Source: Eledone cirrhosa
Taxonomy: Eukaryota
DNA: 64,000 nucleotides
Assembly: GCA_964016885.1 (NCBI GenBank)
Contig: OZ024761.1
Span: 31,186,001-31,250,000, forward strand
Reading direction: 5' to 3'
Positions 59,270 to 64,000 of the stretch are shown piece after piece (position 1 is the first letter of the stretch; the number at the start of each line of letters is the position of its first letter). The notes under the pieces are model-generated. The model did not search any database. It was not told where the DNA came from and saw only the letters and a list, made by a program, of their open reading frames with translations. The translations under genes were made by a program, and so were the position numbers.

Positions 59270-59271
<2 letters not shown>
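59080..59271 (+). mobile_element. Fold-back copy of hammerhead family 1
   Basis: Perfect arms 59080-59191 around TGGACT, then tail. Lies in (TA)n. Confidence 0.8.
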
Positions 59272-59306
<35 letters not shown>

Positions 59307-59446
59307 TTTAGGTTTAATAAGTTGGTCATCAATGACCAACGAAACGTACGTATTTGGTATGAAACCGTTGTCGTAACTGACCTGAATAATTTTATTCAAC
59401 TCACCTTAGGACTTGAGTTGCTCTACACCTTGGACTTTTTACTTAC

Positions 59447-59560
<114 letters not shown>

Positions 59561-59564
59561 AAAC

Positions 59565-59698
59565 AATATGGCGACGAAGCAAAGTTGAAGAAATCGGTTA
59601 ACGTCTATTCCTATAACATAATAGATGGCGAAAGTCACGTGACGTGAGCAGTGATGTATGATGTGGTTGCATCCTGTAGTGAAAATACAACCAAAATA

Positions 59699-59754
<56 letters not shown>

Positions 59755-60105
59755 ACACATACACAAACCTAACAAAACGCACACACAGCAACACAAAAAT
59801 ATACATAAAAACACACATAAAACACATAAAAACACAGCAAAAACACACACAAAAACAACAAAAACAACACACATACAAACACACACACAAAACAACAGAC
59901 ATACAAAAAAAACACACACACAACAACAACAACACAAAAAGCACACACACACACACACACACAAATATATATCTAAAATATAACGGTTTGAATAGTATTA
60001 CATATGAAGAGCCCCAACAAAACCGTCAGTCATAATTGATTTATTACCAAACATCGGTCAGGGACGTAGCTACGTGCAATACTTATGGCGGTCGGTGGCC
60101 ATTTT
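59565..60105. promoter_or_regulatory. Candidate promoter-like region
   Basis: YY1-like ATGGCG cores (59568, 59625, 60085), GGCCATTTT (60097) and GTCACGTGAC (59634). Locally CpG-enriched. Confidence 0.3.
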
Positions 60106-60351
60106 GTTTTTTTTATTTATTTTTATTTTTAATTTTTTGATTGTTTTCTGTCTTTTATCTTTATTGTTTATTTTATATTTTATTTTTTTATTTTTTAATT
60201 TATTGGTTGTCATAAACGGACTTCTTAAAAACAGCTTAAATACCTAGTTTCTATTTCTTAGACAAGCTTTGACCTGAATCCTGCTATTAACTCTGTCCTT
60301 ACTGTTTTACTTACCTCCCCTCCTCACCTTCCCACCCTCCCTCTCACTCTA

Positions 60352-60397
<46 letters not shown>

Positions 60398-60589
60398 CAG
60401 AGTGTCCCAAAAAATGTATAGAATGCTGTTTAAGTGTGTATACATTCTTTTGGGATACCCTATATATATATATCTCTCTCTATATATATAGTGGTGGAAC
60501 ACTGGACGGTAATATCCGTAGTGGTAGAGCACTCAGTCCAAGGGACGAGTTAGGTAGAAGTGGTTACACAACAGTTAGTTCACCATACC

Positions 60590-60623
60590 GAGAACAATTG
60601 TTTCACCTTAGCGGATCCTCAGC

Positions 60624-60626
<3 letters not shown>
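60590..60626 (-). ncRNA. Minimal hammerhead motif
   Basis: GAAG-CUGAGGA-UCCGCUAAGGU-GAAA-CAAUUG-UU-CUC. Stem III palindromic, stem I weak. Confidence 0.5.
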
Positions 60627-60659
<33 letters not shown>

Positions 60660-60744
60660 ATAGTCAGGACCCCGACGGTTGAGCTCCGGCCGTTTCGACA
60701 ACTAGATCCGAACTCCACCTAGTATCTTACCACACCTTCTTTGT

Positions 60745-60777
<33 letters not shown>

Positions 60778-60938
60778 AGCTACTGTTGTTGTTATTGATA
60801 TTGCTGTAGTTGTTATTGTGGTCGTTATATATAATATATATACTAATGATAAATATTTGTTCTAAGGGTTTATATATATATGTATATATATATATTAATT
60901 TAAAATATTAACAAAATAGATATTCTTGTGATCAATTA

Positions 60939-61005
60939 TATTTTATTATACATATTTCAGAGGTACTGAGTTAAGTTCAACAGTACGTCCTCATCAGATA
61001 AAATA
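60939..61005 (-). ncRNA. Type I hammerhead ribozyme motif, intact core
   Basis: UAUUUUAU-CUGAUGA-[GGACGUACUG...CAGUACCUCU]-GAAA-UAUGUA-UA-AUAAAAUA. Stem I is 8 bp. Confidence 0.8.
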
Positions 61006-61087
61006 AAATGATGCATGACATACCCTGACATAGTAGATGGTTAAGATTCAGTCATGGTAGTATATAAATATATATATATATATGGTA

Positions 61088-61124
<37 letters not shown>

Positions 61125-61173
61125 TATATATATATTTATATATATATTTATATATATATAAGTATATATATAA

Positions 61174-61205
<32 letters not shown>

Positions 61206-61676
61206 ATATATGTGTGTGTAGTATGTAGGGTTCCGAGTTGTGTCGGGAAGGGTAACCACAGTTAAGGGAGGTACTCAATACGTTGCTAGAGTATAGGCAT
61301 CTTTATTATATATAAAAATGACTTAGAACTGTAGAACTGTTTCATTCGTATGGAATCATCAGAACATTCTGAAGAGCCAGTAATTACGGAGTCGAACTTT
61401 ATCGTTACATAAACATTATATAATCGTCAATTGTTTTGAGCCGTGTTACAAGCGAAGCACGTGTAATGAATAAAATATGTGGGGAGCAAGAAATACGTAA
61501 TAAAAAAAAGCAAAACTATCGAAAATAGGGAGTACCTATTAAAAAAGAAAGACCTGGTGGTGATGAGGTGTGTGGTGGGGGTTGGTGACACTAACTCCTT
61601 GATACTTGGCACTTTAGAATATGCCTTTCCCAAATGCAATTCGGTTCCATGCTAGCCTTTAGCAGTGAATTGATTT

Positions 61677-61768
<92 letters not shown>

Positions 61769-62028
61769 GTGTGTGTGTGTGTGTGAATATATATATATAT
61801 ATATAATACGTATTTGCAGTGAAATTGAAACTGTCAAATTTTTCTTTTTCCTATTGTCGTCGTCGTCGTCGTCGTTGATGTTGTTGTTGTTGTTGTTCCG
61901 ATCGTAAATCAGATTTCTAGACAATTACCTAACATTTTCCCCCTGTTCGAACAACGTGACCGACGTAAACAACAAATACTGTTACTACTACTACTACTAA
62001 TGTTGCTGCGAGAACAACTACGATATCA

Positions 62029-62101
<73 letters not shown>

Positions 62102-62410
62102 GTGTGTGTTTGTGTGTTAGAGAGGGGGGCGCTTACAATCATGAGGTCGTGAGTTCTATTCTCGGACCGGGATTTGCGTTGAGCTCTTGAGGAAGACACT
62201 TTATTTTACGTTGCTAGAAATGAGTTGCGATGTCACTGGTGTCAAGCTGTATCGGCCATTGCCTTTCCCTTAGACATCATCGGTGGTGTGGAGAGGGGAG
62301 ACTGGTATGTATAGGTGACTGCTGGTCTTCCACAAACAAACCTTGCCCAGACTTGTGTCACGTAGGGAACTTCCTAGAAGCAAATCCCATTGTCATTCGT
62401 GACCAAAGGG

Positions 62411-62465
<55 letters not shown>

Positions 62466-62582
62466 AAGAAACAGGGGGCTGTGTGGTTGCTGGATAAAGT
62501 GTATTTAGAAATAAGAGGAAAGCACGAACGGGGGATTTTTCCCATCATCAGTTGTCTGCTGGAGATCACGCACATTTCTACG

Positions 62583-62635
<53 letters not shown>

Positions 62636-62936
62636 ATTGTTTCTACTTTAAGCACAAGCCAGCAATTACTGGTACTTTATTTTATCTACCCCGTAAGGAT
62701 GAAAGGCAAAGTCAACCTCGGCGGGATTTGAACTCAGATCGTAAAGTGACGTAACTATGCTGGAAAGCATGGCGTCCGACCCTCTACCGATACTGCCAAT
62801 CCACCGCCCTTATATATATATATATAGTAATAATAATAAATTAGAAGCCTAAAATCCAAAGAGGGCTCGATAAGGATAAATATATATCAAATATATAAGA
62901 ACCGTAGAGCAAATATTTATTAAAATAACAGATTAA

Positions 62937-62987
62937 AGTTTAAGCAAAGAATCGCTGCTTTCACCCTTAATGGGATCTTCTGAAACT
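62937..62987 (-). ncRNA. Degenerate hammerhead motif
   Basis: AGUUU-CAGAAGA-UCCCAUUAAGGGU-GAAA-GCAG(CGAUUCU)UUGC-UU-AAACU. U4A change. Confidence 0.55.
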
Positions 62988-63266
62988 AAAAAAGTCAATC
63001 TGTGCACGCAGAAGTAAATATTTCAAAAAACGTTGCAACCGAAGAAAGACAGCAAGACGATACTTTGGTTCGTGGGAACGTTCCCTGGCAAAGAACGGGA
63101 AAAAAACGAAGATAATACATCATTATTTGGAGCGTGAAAAACAATTACACGCAAAGACAAAACCACGTTTATGGTATAAAAGAAGTTGTAGACTAATATT
63201 CTCTTAGGTGGTTCATGGAGACGTTCTCTGGCAATGAACGGAAAAACGTCATATATATATATATAT

Positions 63267-63465
63267 AACGAAGGAAATGTGGTAAGGAACCAGGTGGACC
63301 ATAACGCACCAAAGTACTCAATACTTAGGGTAGTAGAGTGGGTAATAGGAACGAGTAGGACACCGACGGCTGAGCTCAAGCCGTTTCGACGGCTAATTCT
63401 GGACCAAACCGTCCAGAATTAGCCGTCGAAACGGCTTGAGCTCAGCCGTCGGGGTCCTACTCGTT

Positions 63466-63468
<3 letters not shown>
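63267..63468 (-). mobile_element. Fold-back copy of hammerhead family 1, opposite orientation
   Basis: Arms around TCTGGAC-CAAACC-GTCCAGA, with the tail on the left. Lies in (TA)n. Confidence 0.8.
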
Positions 63469-63516
<48 letters not shown>

Positions 63517-63574
63517 GCGAGTGGCTTAGTGGTTAGCGTCATTGGCCATCTAGCGCAAGGTGGCGAGTATTACT

Positions 63575-63925
63575 ACAATCTGTCAATGTTTTATCATGCT
63601 TCTGGTTTGCCAGCACTGTGGTCAAGTCTGCCTGAGCAAAGCTGGTTTGATTAGACATGAACAAAGTCATATCAGTAGACCTCATGTAGATTATGATCTG
63701 AAAAGGTTAAGGAATGTGGCAAAGAATGTGCAAGCATGGGAGATCTTAAAAGGCATATGAGCCAGAATCAAGCAGTGGAATGTCCCAGAGGAGCCTACAG
63801 TTGCCATGTGTGTGCCAGATGGTGCAAGATTTTGGCTGGTTTAAAGAGCCACATTCGTGCCTCACATCTTTGAGCATTTTATCGGGCGATAGCAATGCTT
63901 GAACACGAGTTTGCAGCCATCATGT
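63575..63925 (+). mobile_element. Diverged RTE 3' end with C2H2 fingers and tail
   Basis: CQHCGQVCLSKAGLIRH and ..C..LAGLKSHIR. Tail GCTTGAACACGAGTTTGCAGCCATC followed by (ATGT)n. Confidence 0.7.
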
Positions 63926-64000
63926 ATGTATGTATCTCTCTCTCTGTATATGTGAGTATGTATGCGGGCAATTGTGTATTTGCATGTAAATGTGTATATA

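Overview
This is eukaryotic, AT-rich and extremely repeat-dense genomic DNA. The SINE families and huge compound (TA)n/(TATG)n arrays look like an octopod cephalopod, which is an inference from repeat style and has not been verified. Almost all ORFs in the supplied track are translated microsatellites. Real content: (1) about 40 copies of a tRNA-derived SINE plus a second tRNA-SINE family; (2) fragments of RTE and R4/Dong-like non-LTR retrotransposons, a hAT MITE, mariner-type mini-MITEs and a Helitron end; (3) several minisatellites; (4) a probable minus-strand host gene with a convincing exon at 34723-35062 and a few short candidate exons. The most notable hidden layer is more than 10 type I hammerhead ribozyme motifs from many sequence-unrelated families. 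They sit in short non-coding islands between (TA)n tracts, consistent with termini of Penelope-like elements. Many copies show fold-back inversions whose junction lies in a ribozyme stem, and many share an ACTC-N11-17-GAGT hairpin near the 3' end. All folding and alignment was done by eye.
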